The notes beneath the pieces are model-generated. The model was not told where the DNA came from. It saw only the letters and a list, made by a program, of their open reading frames with translations, and did no database searches. Of a stretch of 64,000 nt of DNA, positions 52,490 through 64,000 are shown piece by piece. The translations under genes were made by a program, and so were the position numbers. This DNA comes from Vitrella brassicaformis CCMP3155 (Eukaryota; Protista; Chromerida), in assembly GCA_001179505.1 (NCBI GenBank), contig CDMY01000303.1, positions 1-64,000 of the forward strand, in the 5' to 3' direction. Within the stretch, counting starts at the first letter, position 1, and the number at the start of each line of letters is the position of its first letter.

Positions 52490-55295
52490 TCACGCCGCGC
52501 CGCATCGCTGCTTTAAATCTGCAATAAGGTCCTCCGGCACCACACAGCACTCGGCGTCCTCACCTGCACACACACACACACACACACATGCGCAACGAGG
52601 AAGGGGTGCTTGTGGTGGTGATGGTGGTGGTGGAGTTATGTGTGGTGCCCCTTGGTCTTTCTTCCTACGGACTCACTTGCGCATGTGGCGATGAAGTCCT
52701 GTGCGATGATGTCCTTGAGCTTGGGCAGGTCCAGCAGCAGGTCGTCCAGGTACTCGGCGAACTCACGCACACTGCCACCACCAACACACACACACACACA
52801 CAACAGACAGAGACAGACAGACAGACAGACAGAAGGAGAGATAAAGGCAGGGAGGGCCACAGGTCAGTCAATCCACGCCCCCATAGAAGTCTATGTGTGT
52901 GTATGCGTGTGGTGTGGGTGGTATCGTGGTCAAGCTCGGCCTTCTGATAAGGTCGTCACTGCCCCCCCCTCCACAACCAGGAGGACGGAGAGGAGACTCT
53001 AGAATCCTTCCTTCCCGAAGACAACAGCTCTCTCATCATCCCAACCCTCCCTGTCTCCCTCCCTCCCTCCCTCCTGCCCTGCCTGTCTGCCTGACTGCCA
53101 AGAGAGTTCACTGACCCGTCTTGAATGGCGTCTGGTGTGAGTGGTGCCGGGCTGCCGTCGGTCGATGGCTTGGCCAGGAGGATCAGCAGCCGGTAACACA
53201 CGGCCCGCTCCGACTCTTTGCGCTCCGCTATCCAAGACATCAAATCTGACACCACACGCTGGTCGATCCACAACACACACGTGACGGGAGCGAGAGAGAG
53301 AGAGGGAGAGAGAGAGAGAGTCACATCAATCACACAACATGTATTATGGATCCTGCTGTGTGTGGGGGTGGGGGTGTGTGTGTGGGCGTATGTACCGATT
53401 GTATGTCTGCCGATATGGCCATATCAGCAAAGTTCTTCGTCACGTCCTCGAGGTCATTTGAAAAGGTCTGACGCGCGCACACACAGAGAGACAGAGGGAG
53501 AGATAGATAGGCCGACACGCATGAGGGAGGGAATCTAGCTATCCATCTGAAGTCTCTGCAGCACTCACTGCTGGCGTGCCTGTCTGCCTGTCTGCCTGTC
53601 TGTCTGTCTGTCTGTGTGTGTGTCTGTCGAAGCCCGTACATATTCCTTGATGTAATCCTTGGCCTTTGACCGCATCCGGTGAACCAAGTCCTCCTGACAT
53701 GACGACCAACCAAACCACGCGCAAATCAACCAAAGGAAGGAATGAAGAATCAATCCACCTCACCACCTGGCTCGCCTCTCTCCCTTACCCGGTCCTCGTC
53801 AGCAGGGGCCGCCGACGCAGGCTGAGGGCTCGTCCCCTCCTCTGCACCACCCCCGGCTGCTGCTGCTGCAGCTGATGAAGTGGACCTCTCGTCAGCGGCC
53901 GTTGGCTGCGTGGGCGGGGGTGTGGGTGTGGTAGCAGTGCCCCTGGCCCTCTCCTCCTTCTCGCGCTCGCGACGCTGCCGCCTCTCCCGCCGCTCCTCGT
54001 CGCGATCGCCCCGCAGGTCGCTGCCCTTGAGCACACGGCGGGACGTTATCACACTGCACACACAGACAGACAGACACGGACAGAAAGGCATCCGGTGGTT
54101 GCAGGTAGCGGGACACAAGTGCAGCTGAGGCCCATGGGTATGACGCGGTGCGCGGGCCCATACCTGGTTGGCTGCCCAGGGGTGCGGGATGCGACGCGAG
54201 AGGCCTCCTGGGGACGGGATGACTGACGAACACAACACAGGGAGATAGAGGGAGGGACACACCACCGTGACACTCATCGGCAAGAAGATGCGGTGTTGGT
54301 GTGGCGTGTTGCAAAGTGTTGTGTCGCTTACACTGGCAGCAGCAGCAGCAGCAGCGGCTTGCTGTGCGGGTTTGTTCTTCCTGCCGCCGACAGTGGCCCA
54401 CTCGTCGGCGGCGGGGGGCTCGGGCGCCGCGCTGGGGGTCGGCAGCAGACCCTCCGATGGGGGAGCCAACCCACGCAACTCCTGCACACACAGACACACA
54501 CAGATGATTGTGTGTGTGTCTTGGGGGCAGGGGCTATTGCATCAACCAGGTTGGTTTTGCTGAGCACGATGTCCTCTCCCTTTTCCTCGACGTGTTGTCT
54601 GTGGATGTCCCTCAGCTTGGAGGGGCCCTGCACCTTGCCCGGCTTCACCACCTGGCGCCAACCGTTCGCTCGCAGATCCAACACATCCTACGACCATTGA
54701 ACCACCATAGATAGCCAAACATGCACACACACAGACAGACATCCAATCTCCTGTCTATGGCGCCTCTGTCTGTCTGTCTGCCTCAGGTACTTACTTTCAT
54801 GAGGCACCTGACACGGATGCCGAGGTTTTCGTCGCGCGACTTCTCCTCTAGCTTGTGGAACCACTGCTGCAGATCCGCTCGCCTATTCCACTGCAGCAGC
54901 GAGGGATGGATGGATGCATGGATGGATGGATGGCACACACCCACACACACACATATGAAGGTGCAGATGTGCAGGGGATGTGTGCTTGTGGGTGGCGTGT
55001 TGGTTGCTCACGTCTTGCGCCACATCGTACACGGGCCCGATGGTCGTGAGGAAGGTGCACACGCACTCCTGCACACACAACACACACCCCGAGGGATGGA
55101 TGGATGGATGAAGGGTGCTCTGTGTGCGCAGGGGTGTGTGCGTTGGTAGGTGTCTTACGAATTGTGCCTCTCCCTGTTTGCCTTGTTTCTCGCCGTAGTG
55201 CCAGAGCTCGTCGAGGCACACAAACAGCAACTTGGCGCTCAAGATACGCTCGATCAGCAGCTGACCTGCACCACACACACACACACATACACAAA

Positions 55296-55336
<41 letters not shown>

Positions 55337-58300
55337 GTGTGGTCAGTCAGAGTTGTTGGGAGTTTCTGTCTGTCTGCGTCAAGCAAGGTGTGCCACCACG
55401 TAACGTACCCACGAATTTGATATTGCCGAGCATCTGGTTCTTGTACTTGAAATAAGCCTCCGTGTAGTCGTCACCTGCAGGCACCGACACAACACAAACA
55501 CATGGCATGGAGAGGGCCCAGGGCCGTTTATGGTGAGTGAGTGAATGGATGGAGGTCTGGACAGGTAGGTGGGCGCGCGTGGGAGGGTACCAGTGAGGTC
55601 GTTGAGATTGTCAGGCGGCTTCAGGTACTTCTCAAACGACTCTTGACACCGATTCAACAGGATCCTGGGACGAACGACACACGCCCACACACACACACAC
55701 ACACACGCGAAACCACGTCCGGGGAAGAGAAGACACTTGCAAGAATGGATGCATGCATGAGTGCAGTGCACTGCCCACCTTCTGAACTCCTTGTCCTCTT
55801 CTGTGCCCTCCTTCTGTCCGTCGGCCTTGTCCCCCTTGTCCATGATGGCCTTCAGATCGTCCTTCAGACGCACACACAGCTGAGAATACATCTGATGGAG
55901 CGATGGATGACCCACACAGACAGACAGACAGACAGACAGAAGAAAGGGTGTGTGTGTGTGTGTGATGTGTTGTGTACCTCGATGAAGTGGTGCTGCGTGG
56001 TGGCCTTCTCAAAGACCATCCCCACGAGCGCCTCAATCTGATCGACAGACACAGACAGACATGACATGCATACGCACACACACACACACACACACGGGAC
56101 CTCCATTCCTTGCCGTCTCCTGACTCCCTCGCCGCCTCACTCACCTCAGAGTTTTGAGTGATTCCAGCGTCGAGTATCTGTTGGTAGAGCCGGTCGAACT
56201 TTTCGATCGTCAGCTTGTTCAGGATGCCCTTCAACGCACGCAACACCGCCTCAGACTCGTTCCTGCACAGACACACAGACAGACACACAGACAGACGGAA
56301 CGACGTCGTGTCACAGTATGCATGCTGTGTTGTGTGTTGTAGGTAAACTTACTGTTCAACCTTGGTCTTCTTCATCGAGGCGACCCATGAGTTCTCACCC
56401 ACCACCAGCTTATTGCGATCGCGGTCACGGTCACGGCCTGAAGAAGGCAGTGCAGAGGCAGGGAGGCGACAAGCGTGTCTCCTATCTATCTAGCGGCTCT
56501 TTCTCTCCCCCTACTCCCCCTCCCNNNNNNNNNNNNNNNNNNNNNNNNNNNNNNNNNNNNNNNNNNNNNNNNNNNNNNNNNNNNNNNNNNNNNNNNNNNN
56601 NNNNNNNNNNNNNNNNNNNNNNNNNNNNNNNNNNNNNNNNNNNNNNNNNNNNNNNNNNNNNNNNNNNNNNNNNNNNNNNNNNNNNNNNNNNNNNNNNNNN
56701 NNNNNNNNNNNNNNNNNNNNNNNNNNNNNNNNNNNNNNNNNNNNNNNNNNNNNNNNNNNNNNNNNNNNNNNNNNNNNNNNNNNNNNNNNNNNNNNNNNNN
56801 NNNNNNNNNNNNNNNNNNNNNNNNCTCCCCCTCCCCCCCCCCCCCCCCCCCCCCCCCCCCGTCTCTGGTGGGTGCTGACCTCCCCTCCAGCCGCTGTCGT
56901 CCTCACGAACATCGCGCCTGACAGACGAGACACGCAACAGAGACAGACGAGCATGGCGTCTGTAGGTCAAGTGGCCGCGGCACCTATGTTTGTTTTACTT
57001 ACCATTTGTCGCGGCTCCACTTGTCCGCATCATCACGATCACGGTCGCGCTGACCAGCCAAGCGAATCCATCACACACACACACAGACGCCACAGCCTCC
57101 GTCCGCCGTCCGTCGGTTGGTCCATCCAATAAGTGCATGTGCATGTGTGTGCTTACGTCGTCTCTCCGGCTGTCCCTGTCTGCCGCAGTGCTGTCCCGTG
57201 GCCTGCCCCCGGCCTGCTCCCGGACGTTCCTGAAGTCGACCTCCCTCTGGAAGGTCCCGAACTTGCCCGCACCACCCGGGAGGCGCGCTGCTGAGCCGCC
57301 TGGCCGGAAGATGCCCTTCCGGGAACCGCCCGCACGGTCGATCTCGCTGCTCTCGGTCGGCGCGGCCGAGTGGTCTGAAGGTGGATAAATGGATGGATGG
57401 ATGGATGGATGGATAGGTGGGTGGGAGGCACTAGCTGTCATTCATTCGTTCGTTGTGATTGTGTACCCTTGAGCAGGTAGGGAGGGATGTTGTGGTTGTC
57501 TGGCAGCCTCTGGCAGTACTCCTGAGGCAGGCAGATCAGAACACACATACACAGCTCAATGAGATAGATGTGCACACCACACAGGCATGCAATCAATGCA
57601 TTCAGTCACTGCACTCACCCACTGCAGACATACGTGTGATGTCTATCTGTCTGTGTTTCTGTCTTCGGCACGGAGCGGAGGGACATACATACCTTGTCTT
57701 TGAAGGACTTGAGGAAGTCGATGGGGTAGAACCGCGGGCCACTCCCACTCGCCAGACTCGCGTAACGCGACGACGGAGATGCCTCGGGGGGAGCACTGCA
57801 GAGAGAACAGCAAACATACGAACGAACGAACGTGTATGTGATGTGCATTCCTTTCCCTGTGTATGTGATGTGCATTCCTTTCCCTAAGTCCGCGTCCACC
57901 ACCCATGCCATGCCGTGTACTGTGCTCACATGGCGGGCGCCCCCATGGCGTCGTAGATGTCGTCCGGCGGCAGTCCCGGGCTCATGACATCGCTGGTGCT
58001 GGGCCCGCCGACAGAGCTGCTCCTGTACACCCCCGACGGCTGATCCGAGTCCGTCTGCTCCTCCTCAGCCTCATCCAGCTCGCCCGCATCCTCACGGTCG
58101 CCCTCCACACCCTCGTCCATCGCCGCCTCGGGAGCACCTGGGTGGGCCGCGGCGGGCACTGGCGCGGCGGGTACTGGGGGCTGGGGCGGAAGGGGAGGGG
58201 GAGGGGGAGAGGGAGAGGGTGCAGACGGCGTCTCCTCCGTCTTGTCGGCGGCCGCTGGGCTGACCGCGCTGGCCTTGACCTCATCTGAAGCGGGGATGGG

Positions 58301-61300
58301 CTCCTCGTCTCGGGCCGGCTTTTCCTTGGGCGGCTCCTCAACCACGGGCGGCGCCTCCTTGGCCGCCCCCTGCGACTCTGCTGCGATGGTGTCCTGCTTG
58401 ACAGGCGCCAGGGGCTCCTCCTTGACCGCCTCAATCACGGCTTCGTCCACCTTTGTCTCGCCCGCCGGTGTCTCGCGCTCGGCTGGCGCGGCCTCAGCCT
58501 CCGCAGCAGGAGGTGCAGCCGGCTCGTCTGAGGGCTCACCCTGCACGTCGACCAGACCGGCTGTGGCGTCCCCGGCTGATTCCTCCACTTCAGGAGCAGC
58601 AGATGGCTGCTCCTGCTCATTGACAGCCGCTGCAGCAGCCGAGTCGCCCTTCTCCTGATCAGCAGCAGCAGCAGCGGCGCCCTCGCCCTCAGGAAGGTTG
58701 TCCTTGGGAAGTGTCGTTGCCTCAGCCTCGGCTTCGGGAGCTGTCTGCGGCGGCTCCAGCCTGGCCTCATCCTCCTTTGCCGCTGGCACAGGCTTGGTCA
58801 CGGCTGGAGGCTCCGGCGCTGCGGACTTCTCGGCGGTCTTGGGCTCGCCCACTACTGACGCCCATGACTTGGCTCCTGTGGCTGCGGGAGACTTCTCGGG
58901 GGCAGCCGCCTTGGCCACGGGCGGCACGGGGGGCGCAACTCTTTTTTCCTTGGCAGCAGCAGCAGCAGCAGCAGCAGCAGGGCCAGCAGCCAGCGGCTTG
59001 CTGGTGGTGCTGTCGGTCTTCCGGCCCGCAGCGTCATCAGCCGCCATGGAAGGCTCCTTCTTCGGACCAACTGGCTTCTCTGCCGCCGCGATGGTGGGTG
59101 CCGCCTGTTGCTGCGGCTGGGGTGGCTGGGGTCTCCTGTCGCCTCCAGCGGGCACCGGGCCGACGGGCATGCCCCTGCCCCTCCCGATGGCCGAGGTGCT
59201 AGGGCTGACCCTCGGCTTGGCGGCGGCCGGCGAGGGCTTCCTCTTGGCCATGTCGGCCCAGCTGGGTGTCTTGCTCTCGCTCGGAGATGACGCCGGTGAG
59301 GGCTCTGCTGGCGCAGGGGTTTGTGGAGCGGGGGGCTGTGTCTGTCGAAGGGCGAGGGCTGAGGGAGATGGGGACGCAGAGGGAGGGGACGGCGCAGATG
59401 CCTCAGAGGACGGCGCCGAGGGCGGCTTGGCAGGGGCGGATGGCGCACCAGCAGCCACGGCAGCCGAAGCCGGGGCAGGAGCGGTTGGCTCCTTTGGCTC
59501 CTTCGCCGCCACCGTCGGTGCTGGTGCTGGCGCTGGTGCTGCTGGTGCTGATTCCTGCCCATTGCGTTGGTCGGCCGCTGGTGCCTTGCGCGCCTTGCCG
59601 TCCTTGTCCTTCCGCTCGTCACCGCCCGTCTTGTCCTTGTCCTTCTCCTTAGCGGCGGTGTCCAAGGCAGCGGCCTCCGCGGACGATGCCGACTTGGGGG
59701 ACGATGCCGCCGCACCGGTTACACCACCCTCCCCTGGCCTGGGCTTCCTGCCCTTGTCTCTGTCCTTGTCCTGATCCTCTCCGCCCTTGCCGCCCTTGGC
59801 CTTGCTGCTGTCCTGCACGTCGTTGCCCGCCGATGCGGCCGCAGCTGGCTGCTGGGGCTGCTGTGTTGGCGGTGGGTGGTAGGGGATGACGGGAGGATGC
59901 GAGACGGGCGTGGTCTGTCCGCTGGTCTCCTTGGGTGAGCTGGCAGGGGGCGAGGGAGAGGCTGCAGCGGTGCCTCGTCCCATGCCCCGTGGGGCCGGTC
60001 CCATCTTGGGCCCTGCGGTGGTGCCCTTGGCTTGTGCGGGTGTGAACTGCTTGGGGGGGCCGGCCTTGGGTGCGGGAGCCTTGGCCGTGTTCTTCTTGAG
60101 ACGGTCAGCCCATGACAATGGACCTGTCAGACAGACAGACAGACAGACGAAGAGACATGAGGGTGTCCTTGATTGCTCTCTTTGTCTGTCTGTCTGGTGT
60201 CATTGCGTACCCTGTTTCTCGGGCTCAGGTTGTGGCGGAGGGTCCTTGGGCGCCTCTGCGGTCTCAGCGGGCTTGCTCACGCTCGGTGCCGCCTCCTTGC
60301 GTGCCTCCGGGGCAGGTGTCGCTGTGGCAGCTCCCCGCTTGGAGGCCTCAGCAGGAGCAGCCGATGGTGAGGGAGACTTGTCTTTCTCCTCTGGAGGGGC
60401 CCCAGCGACACCCCTCCCCCCCTCCTCCTTCTCGCCCTTGACAGCCTCCTCCTTTGCCGTGCTGCCGGTGGCGCCTTCACGAGGCTTGCCCCCATCCTCC
60501 TTGGCCCCCTCCCGCTGACTCTCGGTCTTGCCGCTCGGTGCTGGTGTTTTTTCTTTCGGCGGCGGGTCAGCCACACCGTTCCCTCTCCGCCGGTCGGGCT
60601 GTCCCTCGTGTGTCTGCTGGGCGATGGCCCCCTCGTCCTGACCCTGATTGTGGCCCTCCCCGCGGCTGTCTGTCTTCTTCTGCGGCTGTGGGGGGTCCTT
60701 GGTCTTCCTCTCGACCGCCTCGCCCTCGCTGCTGCCGTCCTTGAGTGAGCAGGGGGCGGTGCCGGTGTCGCTGGTGCTGCCCGAGAGGGGCGGGACGGCC
60801 TCGCCCCGGATGATGGACGGGAAGGCCGACGCGTTGGTGGGTGAGAAGGGCTGGGCGCTCGGGTTGAGGGCCGCACCGCCTGTGGTGCCGGCCGACGAAG
60901 GTGTGGGGGCGCCGCTGGGGGCGGCAGCCTTGCCGAGGATCTTGACCTGGCCGTGCACCTTCTTGTCGAGATCCCGCTGCAGCGTATCAGCATAGCTCCG
61001 ACCTGCACACATCAAACCCATCACATGCATACATCGCCACAGTCATATCTCCCTCCCTCCCTCCGTCCCTCCCTCCCCAGCCACGCACCTGTTGCGGGCG
61101 TGTTGGGCGCGCTGGCAGGTGGGGGAGGAGGGGGTGGGGGCGGGGGGTGAGCCTTGGCCGCCGGGGCTGGGGAGCTCTCGACGGAGGGAACGACACTCAT
61201 GTTCGGCGTCCCAGTGGCGGGGGATGACGCCAACGGATGGTGGTGGCTCTGCCCGCCTGAGAAACTGTTGTTGCGGATGCCCCGACCACGCCCACCTAAC

Positions 61301-62712
61301 ATGACATGACATGACACCAAACAAGCGGCAACACCTTTCTGCAAGTCACTTGATGGTGGGTGAAATTGGTGGTCGCTCACCGTTCCTCCTCTCCCTCCCG
61401 CCCCTGTTAGCCCCTCCGCCTCCGGGATATCGAGGGCCGCCGCCACCGCCCGGGTGCTGCGGCGGCGGCTGGTAGGGGGGAAATGTCTGCTGCTGATGTT
61501 GGTGCTGGTGCTGGTGCTGGTGTGAGGGTGAGCTGTGTGTGAGGTGATAGGGGCTGGCCCCGCTGCTGTTGACGTTGGCGGGCTGAGGATAGGCGTACGC
61601 CTGGCCGTGGGCGGGGGGATACTCCTGTCCACTCGGGTACTGACCGCCCTGCCCAGCTCGGCCGAAACCACCTGCACACATACAAACATACATACGCAAA
61701 GTTCCATCCCTCCCTCCTATCACCGGCGTCTGCCTTGGTGAGTGTGTTGATCGACGGCTCACTTGCGTCTTGCTGCTGGTACATGGGCTGCATCGGGTAT
61801 GGCGCAGGGTAGCCCCGGTGTCCATTTGCGGCCGCCCCGTTGGCGCCATACTGCGCCACCGCCTGCGCCACCGCCGGGGGCGGGGGCTGGTTGATGAGGT
61901 AGTCGGGGTGGCTGGCGGCCTGCCATGTCGAAGGCATGGTGCCCGACATGGGAAACGGGGTACCCAGGAGGGATGGCGGGCTGCCGACGGGACGGAAGGG
62001 CCCCTGTTGGGGTGGGTTGAGGGGCAGGGACGACATGCCGCCATACGACGCAGCGCCCCCATACACGTCTGACAGACAGACACGAAAACGGGCGGAGGGC
62101 AAGGTGAGGTGCGGTCAGGGGAGGGACATACTCAGTGAGTGCTTCCTCCACGTGTGTGTGTGTGTGAGTGTCTGTGCGTCAATCGTGTGGTGTCATGTCG
62201 CTCACTGGTTTGGTTGCCGTATCGGGGGTTGTTCATGCCGCTCATGTCGTTGGCCTTGCCCTGCATCAGGAATTGCATCGCACACCGACAAAACAAACGA
62301 AGGAACAGCATGTGGGTGGCGTGGCACAGATCAGAGCGTCTGGTCGCTTCAGTGAGTGAGCTGAGCTGAGATAGATGTATGTGGTCACTCACTCTCCCTC
62401 CCTCCCTCCCGCCGGGCCCACCTGGTTGTATGCGTTGGGTGCCACGGGTGCGTATGGCGCGTATCCGCCCTCGCTGCCCATGCCCTCCACTGAACCTCCA
62501 GTAGTGGCAACTCGGGGATCACTCGCCCCAGGCTACAACAGACAGACAAGACAGACCGACAGAGGGAAGCAGTCGTCAGCGGTTAACCGTGGCTTCTTGT
62601 GCTGGCTGTTCCTCCGTCCGTCCTGCCAGCTTACAGGGAAGAATTCCGGTGCCGTGGCACTGAGCGTTTTGCCTGAGCTCTTGCCTCCAAAACTGTCGCC
62701 TGAGCCACTCAT
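52490..62712 (-). CDS. EIF4G: Eukaryotic translation initiation factor 4G (long disordered N-terminus, MIF4G and MA3 domains)
   Basis: MIF4G: LRALKGILNKLTIEKFDRL, MVFEKATTQHHFIEMYSQLC, ILLNRCQESFE, MLGNIKFVG, ECVCTFLTTIG and IRVRCLMKDVLDLRANGW. MA3-like: KAKDYIKEY and YLDDLLLDLPKL. 4E-site-like RFYPIDFLKSF. In-frame GT-AG junctions traced from ATG 62712 through the 730-aa exon; one gap interrupts the gene. Confidence 0.88.
56525..56824. other. Assembly gap (300 N) beside a poly-C/poly-Gly tract in eIF4G
   Basis: Run of N followed by a C homopolymer of about 29 nt. Confidence 0.97.
57832..57885. repeat. 27-bp direct duplication in an eIF4G intron
   Basis: GTGTATGTGATGTGCATTCCTTTCCCT twice in tandem. 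Confidence 0.9.
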
Positions 62713-63014
62713 ATGACTTCACTGACTTCACTGCTGACTCCTGACGCACACACACACCACGCAGAAGCGCGTGAGCCGCCTCCCGCGGTCAGGAGGACCC
62801 CCCTGGCCCCCCTCTGGCCGTCATGCACCTCCCTGCCGACACTACTCTTCTGTGCCTGCCTTGACACCTTCCTGGTGGAAGCCTACCTGACAGAATGGAA
62901 CTCCTTTAAAGGCATCGCCATGGCGACGCCGTGCTGTCGGCTTTGCTTTTGCTTCTCTCGTCAGTTGCTTCACGCCAAGCTCGCAGATGAGCTTGCAAGG
63001 GAGGGCTGGCGGCA

Positions 63015-63217
63015 TGAGCGGTGGCCCTAGATATCGCATTTCAGGCGCTGGGCGAGGCGGCGGGTTCAGAGGAGCGCTGCCGCCATCGAAAGCCATCCCG
63101 AGAGAGACTCTGAGAGGACGAAGCCCAAAAGGTGACTAAGGCGGCCACGTGGAGTGGACACACGCACAACGCAGACAGCTGACTGCGGGACGGATCCATC
63201 CATCTGCTGCGTGTGTT

Positions 63218-63249
<32 letters not shown>

Positions 63250-64000
63250 ATCCCAAAATGAATGCATTGCATGCCATTCATTGTGTTGATGGCGCCATCC
63301 ATGATCATGCAGGCGATGGGTCTGGGAGTGCTGGCGATGAGGATTCGTCTTACGTGTGCAAGCTGGAGCAGCAGCTGTACTTCATGGGCCTGGAGAACGA
63401 CTACCTCAAGGAGCGGGCCAGCGCGCCGCTCGTCAAGCATGACGTCAAGCAGCACCTAATGGAGAAGTCCCTCACCGCGGCCGAGGCACAGATCGAGCTC
63501 CTCTCAAAGGAGCTCCAGAACACGCGAAGCGAACTCAACGGCTCAGTGGTGAGAAGCCAGCCATCATGGTACCAAAATGCCGGGCAGGCTGGACATAGAG
63601 AGGTCTTTTCCTTTGTGGTGTGCCTATCTCGCGCAGGCGTCGCTCCAGGAGCAGCTACAGGTCGGCAACAGCACAAGGCGCCGCTTATCTGTTTGTCGGT
63701 CTATCGTGGATGGATGTATCGGCCGGCCCGGCCTCTGCGAATGTACGTTACGTGTGTCTGCGTGTGTCAGGGATCTGTCCACGATGTGACGGTGCTGAGG
63801 GAGGAGAAGGCCAGGCTGGAGCAGGCCATCATCACGCAGAAGGGACAGCTAGAGGTAGATAGACAGACAGACAGACAGGCACACACACACACAGGGGGCT
63901 GAAGGCAGGCAGAAAGCCCTCCCTGTCCCATCTTCCGCTCTTCTCGGTCAGGCCGCCGAGCGCGTTGTCCACAAGCTGAAGGAGGACGACACAGCCCGCC
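63015..64000 (+). CDS. Coiled-coil protein, 5' part; continues past the window
   Basis: Probable first exon MSGGPRYRISG...GRSPK, then heptad-rich exons SYVCKLEQQLYFMGLENDYLKE...IELLSKELQNTRSEL and VTVLREEKARLEQAIITQKGQLE. Confidence 0.68.

Larger units (their letters stand above)
1..64000. repeat. Dispersed intronic microsatellites (CA/TG, GACA/TGTC, GATG/CATC, GA/TC, CACAA)
   Basis: Present in most introns and intergenic regions, e.g. 63-91, 39298-39325, 52149-52180 and 55270-55335. Confidence 0.95.

Noticed and set aside
58698-59774. 358-aa plus-strand Ala/Gly-rich ORF
   Set aside because: Reverse-frame shadow of the low-complexity eIF4G exon.
57926-60118. 730-aa ORF as a standalone gene
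   Set aside because: Bounded by a valid acceptor and donor and in frame with neighbouring eIF4G exons; the listed start is an internal TTG codon.
32-64000. Many short ORFs rich in CVCV, THTH, DRQT or WMDG
   Set aside because: These are translations of intronic microsatellites.

Overview
Eukaryotic, GC-rich, intron-dense protist DNA, not prokaryotic. The microsatellite-filled introns ((CA)n, (GACA)n, (GATG)n) and an F-box-like 'ACRRLSREELANVF' gene family point to the chromerid alga Vitrella brassicaformis; this is an inference. Genes were rebuilt by hand from ORF fragments and GT-AG junctions, so some boundaries are approximate. In order: a secreted bacterial-type arylsulfotransferase (cut off by the window edge), a Spinster-like MFS transporter, an orphan multipass membrane protein, and peroxisomal ECH1 ending in SKL. 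Next is a roughly 15 kb tandem array with at least 3 copies of an F-box-like/LRR-like gene, which also carries a stray copy of the last ECH1 exon. Then CAF-1 p60, a large hypothetical protein, cysteine synthase, two hypothetical genes, a PHD finger fused to a PhyH-type 2OG/Fe(II) dioxygenase, a very large eIF4G, and the start of a coiled-coil protein. There are three 300-N scaffold gaps. No rRNA, tRNA, CRISPR array or intact transposon was recognised. The strongest novelty candidates are the PHD-dioxygenase fusion, the arylsulfotransferase, the eIF4G motif set and the tandem array.
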